Source: Squalus acanthias
Taxonomy: Eukaryota
Reading direction: 5' to 3'
NCBI GenBank assembly: GCA_030390025.1
Contig: CM059430.1
Coordinates: 62,310,001-62,374,000 of the forward strand
Length of the DNA stretch: 64,000 nt
Shown one piece after another: positions 1 to 12,965 of this stretch. The notes below the pieces were generated by a model. That model was not told the DNA's origin and searched no databases. It was given only the letters and a program-made list of their open reading frames with translations. Numbering within the stretch: position 1 is the first letter of the stretch; every line of letters starts with the position of its first letter. Position numbers and translations under genes: made by a program.

Positions 1-492
1 CTCAAACAGACCATCGTTCGCAGCAAATTACCCAGCCTTCAGGAGAACAGCGACCACGACACCACACAACCCTGCCACGGCAAACTCTGCAAGACATGCC
101 TGATCATCAACACAGATACCATCATCACACGTGAGGACACCACCCACCAGGTACATGGTACATACTCTTGGGATTCGGCCAACATTGTCTACCTCATACG
201 TTGCAGGAAAGGATGCCCTGGAGCACGGTACATCGGCGAGGCCATGCAGACACTGCGACAACGTATGAACGGACACCACGCAACAATCACCAGGCAGGAG
301 TGTTCCCTCCCAGTCGGGGAACACTTCAGCAGTCAAGGACATTCAGCCTCCGAACTTCGGTTAAGCGTTCTCCAAGGCGACCTTCGAGACACACGACAAC
401 GCAAAATCGTCGAGCAGAAACTGATAGCCAAGTTCCGCACCCATGAGGACGCCCTCAACTGGGATCTTGGGTTCCTGTCACGCTACATGTAA
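1..492 (+). mobile_element. Penelope-like retroelement, 3' end of ORF (GIY-YIG endonuclease region)
   Basis: Translation reads ...CKTC...ANIVYLIRCRKGCPGARYIGEAMQTLRQRMNGH...PVGEHFS...H...EQKLIAKFRTHEDALN-DLGF*. This has the VY..YIG, R..H, HF and LN motifs of PLE GIY-YIG endonucleases. Confidence 0.85.
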
Positions 493-799
493 CCCCACCT
501 GACGTAGAGTCATCCAGACTCGAGTCGTCGTTGGCTTGTTCTCTCTACACAGATGCGGCCGGTCCTGCTGTGATTTCCAGCAAAACAAGTTTTTTGTTTT
601 CCATACAGACCCCAGCATCTGCCACATTGTCTATGATGTAATGTTTTGCTGACTGACCTGTTTGGACACCATCCACAGCTTTGATTGCCGTGATTATCTC
701 TCTGCCGAGGTGTGATAAAGGGCAGTTGGTAGGATTAACTGAAATTATCTGGCTGTGTTCTCTGACTATATATGCTGTGACTATATGAATCTCTTCACT

Positions 800-836
800 T
801 CACCTGACGAAGGAGCAGCACTCCGAAAGCTTGTGA
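800..836 (+). ncRNA. Minimal type I hammerhead ribozyme motif in PLE terminal sequence
   Basis: tcac-CTGACGA-a-GGAG-cagca-CTCC-GAAA-gctt-gtga: core CUGANGA and GAAA, stem II GGAG/CTCC, stem I tcac/gtga, palindromic AGCT in place of stem III. Lies just downstream of a PLE ORF. Confidence 0.65.
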
Positions 837-899
837 TTTCAAATAAATCTGTTGGACTATAACATGGTGTTGTGCGACTTCTCACATTTCTCTATCCAC

Positions 900-2228
900 T
901 GTCACCTCTTTGGAACAACCTATCTCAACATTGACAGATTACTTCTTTCATCTCAACCTCACGTGCCATCTATTCCATCAGCATCGGTGCCCTTGAAAAG
1001 ATCTCACCTTGGTCCTCAGAATCCCAAAACGATCAGCACCAACACCAGCATCACCACGCACTCCAGCAGCACCAACAACCACACCAACCTTCACCACAAT
1101 CAACTGATGCTGCACTGGATACAGGGCATCATCACCCGTGCACATTGCTGCCCGGGACACCAGCGATGGACTCACCATGTTCAACTTAGCTTCACTGAAC
1201 GCAGTACACACTGGCTGCCACATGATGCACCAGGTTGGCATCACCCCAGACCAGCACCATAAAGCATCCCTACAATGTCCAAGCCATTCCTTTCACTCTC
1301 ATCACCATTGCAGGAGTGGGGAGGGAAGTTCTGTCGCACCATTCACGGCAACTCACTAAGACACTTTCAAATGTACACACGAATCTGTCCAAGAACGCAA
1401 AGTGTTGAAAATAAAGATTTCAATGTTTGATTGCACATTACCAGAATCTTCACGTGAATATTGGCTAAACCATCCAAGTACTTACCCTTGTGTGTTGTGA
1501 GTTGGTATTCTTGCAGTAGGATGAGGCTGAGTTTGAGGAGGGGGGCTAGTGAGATGGGGAAGTGATAATGTAGATAGAGAGGGATGGGTGGAGGTGCAAG
1601 GTGAGTTGGTGTGAGTAAAGATGTGCAGGAGTAGGATAGGGTAGGCATAGTAATGGGGGTGTGATGAGTGGCACAGCAGGATGAGGCTGAGTGTGGCATG
1701 GCAGTAACATTTCGTGAGCTACTGAGATCATTGAAAGGTTTGTGCGACTGCAGCCTGGTCCTCCTGACGACATCCCTGCTTGTGCCGTCCTGTGCAATTT
1801 GCAACCAGGCTGCGTTGGTGTCCTGGGAAGGTGTCTTCCGCCCATTGGTAGGGAAGAGAACCGCCCTGCATGATGTGACTGGCTCCATAAGCAGATGGAG
1901 GGAGTAATGGGAGAGCCTGGTTGCAGCCGTGCACCTTTGTGCAGTGCTTGTCAGTGTTTGCAACACCTCAATGCTGCACAACACTGACAACAGAAATGTC
2001 AAAATCAATTTGGACATGGTCCCTTCAAGGAAACCGATTGATGACGCATCTTCAAATGACGTCATCAGATCCGCTTCCTATTAATTGGCCGGGAAACTCG
2101 CAGGGCGGGTTTAACAAGCCCAATCATCGGAATATCTTGTTGGAGTCCGGGATCGAGACAGATGCGAGGCCTCGACACACCACCGACGTCGCCCGCCTGG
2201 ACCCGCCGAGGTTGGAAAAATCCAGCCC
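900..2228 (-). mobile_element. PIF/Harbinger DNA transposon remnant (Myb/SANT-like ORF)
   Basis: Minus frame contains RAVLFPTNGRKTPSQDTNAAWLQIAQDGTSRDVVRRTRLQSHKPFNDL, resembling the W..IA...R...Q.RK.FNDL pattern of Harbinger Myb/SANT proteins. TIR-like end aaaatccagccc at 2217-2228. Left boundary is approximate. Confidence 0.65.
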
Positions 2229-2299
2229 GATGTGCTGATCCCACAGACAGCCCAGAAACGACATCGAGGTACCAGGTAGTGTGCACTTTCGCTCCCACA
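2229..2299 (-). repeat. Start of 3' LTR, cut by the Harbinger insertion
   Basis: atcccacaga...gacatcgaggtacc.aggtagtgtgcactttcgctcccaca matches the 5' LTR end, and is adjacent to the PPT. Confidence 0.75.
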
Positions 2300-4399
2300 T
2301 TCCCCCGATTCTTCTTACTGTTATTTCTACAATGTTTTATTTGGGTAATGCTACAATGTACCATAATATCAATAAATCACGGACTTAAAAGATTCTCCAG
2401 CTTTCCTTACCATAATGGATATTCTTGCTAAGCATCATTTCCCTTTCTCCTTCTGTTGTTCCAATTTCATTGTCAGCACAAAAGAACCCAACCCTGAATT
2501 TTAGAAATCCAAACCCTATTTCCCTCTTTACTTTCAATGTCAATCCCTCTGATATGTACCAGTGCGTTTTGCTCTATATTGGTTTATTAAAATGTCAGTT
2601 TCGTTATGGTGCATATGCCTTGATTAAAAGTTGTCTCAGTTCCCTGAGCCACATTAAGAATTTCATGTTGTGTTGTTGTCAAGTAACTGAGTATGTCTGA
2701 GATCCGTTCTTCAGTGTATCTTCACCATGCATTTCTGCATGCTTGGTGCCTCATGCACAACATATCACATTCGCACACACACCGGTATCTCAATATCATT
2801 CTAGATTTGACATCAGATACAAGCTATTCCTTTGCTTTTAAGTTATTTTATGAAAAGATCGGAGGTCTCTTCTCAACTCTCCATGCATCATCCCATTTTC
2901 TAGGTTAGTGGCCAGGCTTTCAAATACATTTTCCTTATTGTTCATTGTAGGCAAACATCTCCAAGAGAAACCTATCAATCATTGAATCTCACCTTCAGTT
3001 TCCTGACTTTCAACAGCGTGTACCTCGATAACATATTGAAATCTTTTCAGGAATCATGCCCATGTGTTTTATGTTACTCAGAGGTGTACTCATACATCTT
3101 TTCCGAACCCCTATTCTGATTCTAGAAAGCAAAAAAAACACAGTTGCTTGTGGAAAGAGTGAAGTTCCTTTTTTTGCATTTCAAAAGAAGACAAACCCAG
3201 ATATCATCAATCAATGCCAGTTTGTGTCAAACACCTTCTCGTAGTTTTCAAGTAAACTTAAAAAACTTCCATCAAATAAAAAAGAAACAAACTGCTACTT
3301 TTTCAATTTGTGTGCCTTTAATACATACAAAGACCCTGATACAATTCAATTCAGCAAGTAAAACATCAGACATCATCAGCAACACCACTATAAACACTCT
3401 GTGAAACAATTCTGTAGTACAATCCAACTGCAAGATATCTTCAGATCATTATCACATTTTTCCCTGGTCACACATTACAGTACCATTAAGATGAATAAGC
3501 AATCAGAATCATATCAAATCATGGAGTGCTTGACATTTTCTCCGATTTTTTTTTAAATGCCAATTATTGATGTGATTGACTCATGTCCAGAACTATCAAA
3601 CCATTTAAAACAACCAGAATTTCACTATAGCCATAATAAAAGCTTGGTTTTCCCAAATTAATTTGTAAGTTAACCTCAATAACTCAATTTTAATTCAGGC
3701 CAACATCTTAAACTAAACACAATAGAGCTTGAAAAAGGTTAGAGCCACAGCCAGTGATAAAGAAACATTCGGACATGCTTTGAATAGAGATATTAACATG
3801 CACACTGAAAACAAAAAAAACTTCCATAGAACAGTAGAAAAGAGACATGCTCTTCCCTTGTCTCCTTTATACCATCATAGAATAATGTATCCTTTTTCTC
3901 TGAAACCAATTTTCAATTTCTGATGTTTTCCATTGAATCCCATTCTGTACTGATTCAAAATCTTAAACTCCGTGTCCGCAACCAAGCGTGTTACCTCCTG
4001 CCCAATTCTTAACACTTTTCTCTGGCATGTAGGAGGTTTATAACGACAAAGATTAAAGGGTGACCGGAACGCTGAAGATTCAGTCGAGAGTCTCAGTCCT
4101 TTTGTCAGTTCACCCTTCGGAACTGCTATATCTGCCTCTCTCAATATTTTCAACTTTCCAAGTTCCATTCCGCATCCCTTTAGAACATGGTTACAAATCC
4201 CATATTTTAGCTGTTCACTGAACATCTCATCAATTCTGAGACAGTCCATTCCGAGAGAAACTTTAAGTGCTTCTGTTCTGAGAAAGCCGCTCCCATTGTT
4301 TTCCTCTCTAACTGTTTCTGCATCAGTTTCTCAGTAATTGCTCCTCGCGTGTTTGGGGGAATGGGGCTCTTTCTCTGGGTTTGGGGGGTCCTTTCCCTC

Positions 4400-6110
4400 T
4401 AGGACCACCTAAATCTTCATTCTACCGACGGCCAAGTAGTGGGGTACTCACGCTGCCAACAAGGGTCCCAAATCTGTGGGGAGAGGGGATGGTTTCTTTG
4501 GACCCACCGGCGTAACAGGAACGACCGCGTTAGCCATTGTCACTGTTACCGGCTCATTCCCCGATTTAGTTCCCCACAGCACAATGTTCTGCATGACAGG
4601 AACGCCCTCCGGGACACCAGTGGCATCCTGAATGGTCGTAAACCTAGATGTTGCAACAGAAGTATCCTCAAATGTAAACGTGGGCCCTTCCATACATGCC
4701 TCGATAAGGATCACACCTATCCTGAAGTAAGAGTACTAAGAGAATGATATGGGTGGTTGTGGCGCGGCCTCCCTATTGTGATTCCGCCTCACTTGTGGAA
4801 TCTCCCCAGACCTCACCAACTAGATGGAGGTCTCATTCCCGTCTGTGATTGCCTCCTTTTCCCGGTTCTTCAACTTTTTTTTAAACTTCACTGCTTCTTT
4901 AGCCAATCTATCTCTGTTCTCTAATAACTGATGGATCGGATCCATGGCACCGCATGGTCCCGCTCCTTTCATGCGACCTCTCCCGGGATGTATCCACTCA
5001 GCCCCTTCTGCCTTCCATCGCTGTAACTTCTGTCTCACTTCCATGATTGGGATACCTGCAGCACTGTGATACAGGCTGATACAAGCTCGTACATTCGTAT
5101 GAACCCACTTTTTATCCGATATATCCCCCGACTGCCACCATCCCAGAATACTACACCACAGATGGGAAAACTTATTAAGATACTTAAGCGGTGCACGTCC
5201 CACTTCACCAAGGATAGCTCTCATGTCCTGTAGCTTTACGGCTCCTCGCTCATACCAGGAACCCCCAAACCACTAAGTTAGCGTTCCCTTCATGACCCCC
5301 ATAGGGAGTGCAAGATTCAAGATCATGCTCTCGCCTTGTCCGCCCAAACGTGTTCCCCTCACTTTCCACATTACCAGCAGGTCGAGTGAAATATTGTTGG
5401 GTGACAAGGCGTTTGACCAGCCGAAGAGGCATCTAACTGCTCCTCCTCCGTACCTAACATTTCAAGACATACTACGTGGGTTCGCATCTCCAGAGTTGGA
5501 GAAGGTAAATGGGGCGCAGAATGGTATACTGGCTCTGCTCCCTGTCCCTAAATTCCCTTTGCAACTCTTGGAATAGGGGAGTCCTCTGAACACCTCCAGA
5601 CTTCATCGATATCTGTCTCCTCTGGGAAAGCTAATACCACCACCTGCTGCCCTCCAATTCCCTTCACAGTACGCGTGCTCCTCGTGGCCTATCTCATTAT
5701 TATGCCCTCCCGGGTCTCCGCCAACTTTGTATGTTGCAGATTAGATATTCCTTTCTCTCGTCCCTGTTCTGCTTATCCGCAAGATGCTGACTAGCGTCAG
5801 AAAAGTCCTAGCTGCTCCGAGCGTTTGAAATCGCCAGTTTTCTACCTCTTTCTCAGCTGCTGCTAGCTGCTCTGTAATTTCTGCTCGCTGCTCTATAAGT
5901 TCTGAGATTTCTCTATCTTTGGCCTCCGCCTCTTCTTGTAACTTCTGAATCCCAAGCATTAGATACTGCAAAACTAGCGCCTTTTTCTTTTTATCACTTT
6001 TTAACCCTAACACACTAATCATTTTTAACCGAACACTCTGCACTAATGACTGCCGTGTCTCACTCCATCCTCCTCTCATTTTTCCTACCCTATCCCGTCG
6101 GGCCCCTTTT
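4400..6110 (-). pseudogene. Degenerate gag-like ORF fragments of the LTR element
   Basis: Coiled-coil-rich fragments (IQKLQEEAEAKDREISELIEQRAEITEQLAAAEKEVENWR) in the gag position. The likely start MDLELTKVRSFLTKS lies at ~10610, on the far side of the CR1 insertion. The assignment is mainly positional. Confidence 0.5.
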
Positions 6111-6112
6111 CA

Positions 6113-9100
6113 GATTCATAGGACCATAGGAACAGGAGTAGGCAATTGAGCCCCTCGAGCGTGTTCCCCCATTCAATGAGATCATGGATGAACTTCGATC
6201 TAACTCCACATACCCGCCTGTGGCCCATATCCCTTAATATCTTTATTTAACTTAAAGTAATCAATCTCCGATTTAAAATTAACAATTGATCTCACATCAA
6301 TTGCAGTTTGCAGAAGAGTGTTCCAAACTTCTACCACCCTTTCTATGGAGAAGTGTTTCCTAATTTCACTCCTGAAAGGACTGTCTCTAATTTTTAGACT
6401 ATGCCCCCTTGTCCTAGAATCCCCCACCAGTAGAAATTGTTTCTCGCTATCTACCCTATCTGTTTCCCTTATTATCTTGAAATCTTCGATCAGTCACTCT
6501 TAACCTTCTAAATTCTAGGGAATACAAGCCTAATTTGTATAATCTCTCATCATAACTTAACCTTGATGTCCAGGTATCATTCTGTTAAACCTACGCTGCA
6601 CTCCCTCCAAGGCCAATACATCCTTCCTAAGGTGTGATGGCCAGAACTGTTCACAGTACTCCAGCTGTGGTCCAACTAGAGTTATGTATAGCTGCAGCAT
6701 GACTTCCACCCCCTTCTATTCTAGTGCTGTAGATATAAAGCCAAGTATTCCATTAGCCTTTTTGATTATTTTCTGTACCTGTTCATGACATTTCAATTAT
6801 CTATGTTCCTCGACCCCCAAGAATCTTTGGTCTCCACGGTTTATATCTTTTCACCATTTAGTAAATACCCTGGTCTATCCTTTTTAGGTCCAAAGGTCCT
6901 CACATTTGCCTACACTGAAATCCATTTTCCACAGTTTTGCCCATTCACGTAATCTCTCGAGACCCTTTATAATTTTATGCTTCAATGTACACTGCCTACA
7001 ATGCCACCTATCTTCGTGTCATCGACAAATTTGGATATATGACTTTCTATGCCATCACCTAAGTCGTTAATAAACACTGTGAATAGTTGAGGCCCATAAA
7101 CAGATACCTGCGGTACATCACAAGTCACATCCTGCCAATTTGAGTACCTACCCATTATCCCTACTGCCCGTCTCCTGCCGCTCAGCCAATAGCCTAACCA
7201 GGTCAATAATTTGCCCTCAATTCCGTGCGCTTCTACCTCAGTTAACAATGTCTTATGTGGGACTTTATCAAATGCCTTCTGGAAGTTCATATAAATAGCA
7301 TCCATAGACATTCCTCTGTCCTGTACTTTATCACCTCCTCAAATAAATCAACCAGATTTGTCAGGCATGACCTACCTTTTACAAATCCATGCTTGCTCTC
7401 TTTGATCAACTGAAAATTTTCGAGGTGTTCAGTCATCCTATCCTTAATTATAGACCAGCAATTTCAGGACAGCAGATGTTAGGCTAATTGGTCTATAATT
7501 CCCTCTCTCGCCTTTCTTATATAGCGGAGTGACATGCACAATTTTCCAATCTGTATCACCTTAAATTCTTTTTTCAAAATCTCCCACTGATCTTCTGTCG
7601 TTTTACCCATAAACAGATCTGCCCAGTTTACTGCGGACAGTCTCTGTCGCATCCCGTTGAACTCTGTCTTACACAAATCTAGAATCTTTAGTAGCTTTGT
7701 CACACGTTTCTCCCTTTCAAACTTCATGTTGAACTCGATCATGCTATGATCGCTATTGGATAAATGTTCATGCACAGTTAGGCTGTTAGCTAAATTTGGC
7801 TCATTACACATTACTAAATCTAACATGGCATGCCCCCTTGTTGCCTCGAGGACATATTGGCCCAGAAATTCGGCCGAATACGGGAGAGTACGCACTGTGT
7901 ACTCACCCGTATTAGGTCCCGCAGTGCCGGTTTCCTGCATGCACTGCGCATGCGCGGGAAACCGGCACTTCCGATATTGCGAAGGGGGCTTAAGTGAATC
8001 GCGTGCGCACTACAGGCTGTGGGCACACAGCACACTTAGGTTTTTTTTCAGGTTTGAACGCGAGGGTAAGTATTGGATATTTTACACATGAAAAAAGGAG
8101 GCGTAAGACCCCCTTTTAACAAGGTCAGTAGTTAATTAAGTATTATTTTAAAACATTTTCAACAGGTATATCTTTTTTAGAGACTTTAAAGAAAGGCAAG
8201 TTTATTTTTATAACTTTGAAAAAGAATTTAAATTTTTTCAAAAATTTAAATTTTTGTTTAAAGTGGTTAATTTATTTAACTATAGTTATTTTATTAATGA
8301 GATGTTTTTTTTTAAATTTAACTGAGGTTTAGCTGTTCTTTTGGGGGCAAGTTGTATTCATAGTTTTGACAGTTCTACTGTCAAAACTATGAATGAAAGA
8401 TGGTGTGCTGCCATTGGCTCTAAATGCCCACGTGATCCCAGATGTCGCATCGAACTAACTGCGCCTCTGGGACACGCACACACTGCGCGCCGGCACCAGG
8501 GAGAGGCGCAGGAGCTGAAGTTCGTGTGGGCCCGAACCATAAAGGCAGGCGCGGAGTGCGATATCGCGGGGGATCCTTACCCCCGCGGCAACCATCGAAG
8601 TCAATGAAGAAATTCACTACCTTTATGACAGGTGCAAGTCTGCTTATCCCAATCGATATGCAAGTTAATATCCCCCATTAAAACTATGCTGCCTTTGCTA
8701 CACGCTTATCTAATCCCTGCATTTATACAATTTAGCAATTCACAGCTGCTACCAGGGGGCCTATACACAAGTCCCACTACATTCTTAAATCCTTCCCTAT
8801 TTCTTAATTCTACCCATAAAATCTCCACTGCCTGCTTACCTCTCGTTATATCCTCTCTTATCATGGAAGTGATTTCATCCTTAATCACTAAGGCTACTCC
8901 TCCCTCGCTGCCATTTTTGCTATCTTTCTTGTTGACCATATAACCTGGTATATTTAGTTCTCAGTCCTGACCGTCTTGCAGTCATGTCTCAGTAATGGCT
9001 ACCATGTCATACCCTCCAATTTAAATTTGCGCCTGCAGTTCATTGAATTTATTCCTTATACTACATTCCTTTATATAAAGAACGCTTATTCAGCCTGTCC

Positions 9101-10563
9101 CACAGCTCTAATGATTTACTCATTTGCTTCTTATTTCTCTATCCTGGTTTAATCACTTTACATCTTTTAGTTTTCCCTTTACATGTAGTGCCTAAAGCAC
9201 AATTTCTGACTGTTACTCTACTCACTTCCACTTCGTTTGTTTTTGAACTACTATTTGTACTATAATTTCCACCAGACCCCTCCCCATTTACTAGTTTAAA
9301 GTCCTTATGAACACCCTAGTTTTTCCCTTCCGCTAGGTCCCTGGTCCCAGACCAGTTCAGGTGGAGTCCGCCGAAATGGTACAGTTCCTTCCTGTCCCAA
9401 TACTGGTGCCAGTGCACCATGGGATGGAACCCCTCTTTCCCACGCCACTCCTTTAGCCACGTGTTCACTTTCCTACGCAACTCATCCCTCCACCAATTTG
9501 CACGTGGCTCAGGTAATAATCCAGATATTATAACCCTGGAGGTCCTGTTCTTTAATTTAGCTCCTACTTCCTGGTACTCTCCAAACAAGACCTTTTGCCT
9601 ACTCTTCCCTATGTTGTTGGTCCCAACATGGACCACAATAACTGGATCCTCCCTCTCCAATATCTTTTAATGCTGGTTCGAGATGTCCCTCACGCTGGTA
9701 CGAGGATTTAACATACCATGTGGGACTCTCGATCTTGCTTACAAAGGATGCTATGTGTCCCACTTATTGTAGAATCGCCTATAACTACCACATTACGCGT
9801 CCTCGCCACCTCCCCACTTCGAAAAGGCTCCTGCTCCAAAATGCGATGGTCTGCATTCTGAATGTCCTTCCAACAGTCTTTATCATTATCCTCACATGGT
9901 TGCAGGTACATTGTACCTGTTGGATAGGATCAGTTTCTCAGGATCTCATTCCCTTTCTTACCTGGGTTCCCCTTACTCTGCACACTATCGGTCACACCAA
10001 CCCCGTTCTGATCCTGCACCTCTCTACGAGGTGTGACCGAGGTCTGGAGCAAACTGTCCAGATACTCCTCCCCCTCCCTTACGTGTCGGAGTGTCTCCAA
10101 CTCGTACTCCAGCTCAATGACTCTGAGCCGGAGAGAATCGAGACGGAGACGTCTACTGCAGACATGTTCGCTCGGGACAGTCTCACTGTCCACAAGCTCC
10201 CACATACCGCAGTCCAGACACAAAACCTCTCTACCATATCAGAGTCTGACCTTGTTTTATTTATTTAATTAGTTAAAATCTTCTTTCAACGATTATTTAT
10301 AGTTATATGAATTAGTTTATCTCGTTATGTTTTTAATTTAATGAAGTCCGTTTTAGTTTACGGCTCTAAGTTTAAGCCACTGTCCTGGCTTAGAGAAAAA
10401 ATGTTAATACTCACCAACCAATCACCTACCTGCTGTCCTGTGACGTCATTCCTTGTTTTTTTTGGTTGTTTTTGAATCCGCTCTCCCGATGTGCTCTGCT
10501 GCACTGCCGCCCGGTTCCCGCGCTGTTTTTAAATGCTCCGCTTTCCCGATGTGCTCTGGTGCA
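6113..10563 (-). mobile_element. Near full-length degenerate CR1 LINE
   Basis: ORF1 zinc finger (CLDCGMWE...HVC) and SGNH esterase (VVVIGDS, VVHVGTNNIG). ORF2 APE (GGVALVIK, VGLVYRPP, SDH) and RT (FQKAFDKVPH, VPQ..GPQLF, FVDDTK). CR1 3' tail at 6113-6430. Confidence 0.9.
7859..8603. mobile_element. Harbinger-type MITE family 1 (one end truncated), inside CR1
   Basis: Starts ggcccagaaatt and is homologous along its length to 37041-37801. Confidence 0.8.
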
Positions 10564-10783
10564 CAGCTTTTAGTAAGAAACGACCGGACCTTTGTTAACT
10601 CGAGATCCATTTTGGACCCGACAACTAAGAGAATACACACCCATCGAACTGATGTGTGGGAGACACATCCTCGAACCAACTCCAACTGCACAAAATTCGA
10701 AAATATCTTGTCGGACCACCTCACACTTAATGAAATTTGAAAAAATCACGTCGGACCAACTCCGACCGACAACATTCGAAAAT

Positions 10784-10801
10784 ATCACGTCGGGATCACC
10801 A
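10784..10801 (-). promoter_or_regulatory. Primer-binding site complementary to tRNA-Trp 3' end
   Basis: Plus strand atcacgtcgggatcacca versus tRNA-Trp 3' end AUCACGUCGGGGUCACCA (17/18, recalled sequence). Confidence 0.8.
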
Positions 10802-10804
10802 AGA

Positions 10805-11470
10805 TGTTGGACTGCTTTCTTTTTGCTTTTCGTCTGGTTACTTTAAACGCCAGATTACACACACATTCAGTTTTAGCAATGCAGCATCAGGATTTATTGA
10901 AACCTCATACTTCACAAAACCGGTATTAGAGCTGAGACATCATACCATCCAAAAACATTATGAGCTTTGTTGAGGCTTCATACTCCACGATTTCATTATG
11001 AGCTAGTAAAGAGTGGTTCACTCACATCTCTTATACCAATGTCACCTTTGATCTCTACGTTTCCTCCATACCACCAATAAATCACAGTATATCAAAGATA
11101 CCTACAAATGCCAACAGAATAATAACATGATGCAAAGAAACATGTACTTAATTCTTCTAATTATTTTTGCCCTCATAAACTATTCCCGTCATTTTATTAA
11201 CATGACCCGAAGTGATCTGATTGCCCTCATAAGCCCTTCCCATTCCCATAAACACAGGCGACCAAGCTGACATATTGCAGAACATTACAGATATGGCTGA
11301 GCGACTCTTACACATTCCACTCTCCTATTTTTCTCTGAGGATATCTTTGCTTTTAGCCCTCTTTACACAATTCATCTCATGCTCAGCAGAAAGCTGTTTT
11401 AAGTCATCGTGTGCCTATCCCACAGAAAGGACATCGAGGTACCCAGGCGGTGCGGACTTTCGCTCCGACA
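10805..11470 (-). repeat. 5' LTR (666 bp)
   Basis: TG...CA termini with 7-bp imperfect inverted repeat. PBS follows after a 3-nt spacer. Its first ~55 nt are repeated at 2238-2299. Confidence 0.8.
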
Positions 11471-12623
11471 ACGATCAACACCGAATTAGGAAAACAATAC
11501 GCGAATTTCAACTGGAGAATTTACCACCAATGGCTGAGCCAGTGTTGGTTTCACTTAGATTAAGATGGCGAATGTGCCCTTTCCTTGTAATGAATACCGT
11601 GAGGCAATTATCCTTACACTTCCCTTAGGTTGTACCCTGCTGTTAACGTCACACAATAGACTAGAAATTTTAACTTTGAAAAAAGCTGGCAACAGTTATC
11701 GATTGTTTATAATCAGTCCATAAATAACATTAGCAATATTTTATGAGAATGGCTGAAGATGAGAAAATGACTGATTGATACAGCAGTTGTGTGTCCAGAG
11801 ACGGTTCCAGTATAATTTCACGCTTTCCTGCACATTCCACGTGATACTGAGGAGATCGTATTCATTCTGATGTGCTATAAATCGGGCGACCTGATGTTAT
11901 TCCGAACACAGTGACCTGAATATGAACGGTCCGTGATAATGTAGCGGTTTCGTTTCACGTTATAATAGCCTTATTGAAAATTGAGGAAATAGAGATTTGA
12001 GAATCCCATCAGACAGCTGCCGATGTGTGCTTGAGGTCAGGCCATGATTGCCAATGCAATTTCCCGCTATCAGCGCGCCCTTCCCAAACTGATTGGAGGA
12101 AAATTGTTGTAGCCACGATGAAACTGAGCAAATTGGTTTGAAAGCGGATATATTAGCTAGATAAATAAATATCGTGGAACTAATGAGCTTCCAGGTCAAG
12201 AGCTCAATGGGCCAAAATATGTTAAGAAAAGTGAAGGGTAATCTTCTTCTCATTCGAGTGCATGGGAGGCTTCACCGTTATTTGAAGGATATTCTAACGG
12301 GTTCTCATATTGCAGGTGTTCACGGACGCCGCACATTAAAATAGTAGATAAGAATTTGTGCGTAGTACAGCACTCCACAAATTAGTAACTATAGTTTTCT
12401 GATTGATTCATATAATCACTCACCCTTAGGTTTATGTGATGTTTTTGGTCAAGTATGGAGAGTTGCGACTGTTTGCAATCGAAACCAGAACCCGCCATAG
12501 GATCCAACAACAAGAACAATCTGTATTTTATAACGCCTTTAAAATAGAAGAAAATGTCCAAAAACACTTCGCAATATCGGAAGGAAATTGTAACTTTAAC
12601 TCCCGTCCTCGTTCTTTGATATG

Positions 12624-12965
12624 TGTCTGCTGTGGCTCAGTTGGTAGCACACTCGCCACTGAGTCATGAATGGTCGTGGGTTCAAGTCCCACTCCAGGAA
12701 CTTAAGCATATAAAGCTATGCTTGCAGTGCTGCACTGTCGGAGGTGCTGTCTTTTTAATGAGACGTTAAACCGAGGCACTATTTCGAAGAAGAGCAGGGG
12801 AGTTATCCCCGGTGCCCTGCCCAATAATTATCCCTCAACCAACATAACAAAAACAGATTATCTGGTCGTGGGATCTTGCTGTGCGCAAAATTGCTGCCGC
12901 GTTTCCTACATAACAACAGTCCGGTGATCGTGAAAGGCGCTATATAAATGCAAGTCTTTCTTTCT
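12624..12965 (+). mobile_element. tRNA-derived SINE (Deu-SINE/SacSINE1-like)
   Basis: Box A/B head tggctcagttggtagc...gggttcaagtccc and tail gcgctatataaatgcaagtctttctttc. Absent from the paralogous units. The family name is from recall. Confidence 0.75.

Larger units (their letters stand above)
2229..11470 (-). mobile_element. LTR retroelement (tRNA-Trp PBS), degenerate, interrupted by CR1
   Basis: 5' LTR 10805-11470 with inverted ends tgttgga...tccgaca. PBS 10784-10801. Polypurine tract (minus aagaagaatcgggggaa, 2300-2316) directly before a second LTR start at 2299 that matches 11416-11470. Gag-like coiled-coil ORF fragments at 4400-6110. Confidence 0.8.

Noticed and set aside
496-535. Second hammerhead ribozyme
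   Set aside because: The stem GAGTC/GACTC is present, but both core boxes are mutated (CTGACGT; GAGT for GAAA).
1367-2065. 232-aa ORF as a host gene
   Set aside because: Only the central part is protein-like (transposon Myb/SANT). The rest is low-information sequence within a TE.
2300-3800. env/fusion glycoprotein gene
   Set aside because: The minus-strand frames I read were full of stops and showed no envelope motifs.
10695-10801. CRISPR-like repeat-spacer array
   Set aside because: Eukaryotic context, only three degenerate repeats, explained by PBS similarity.
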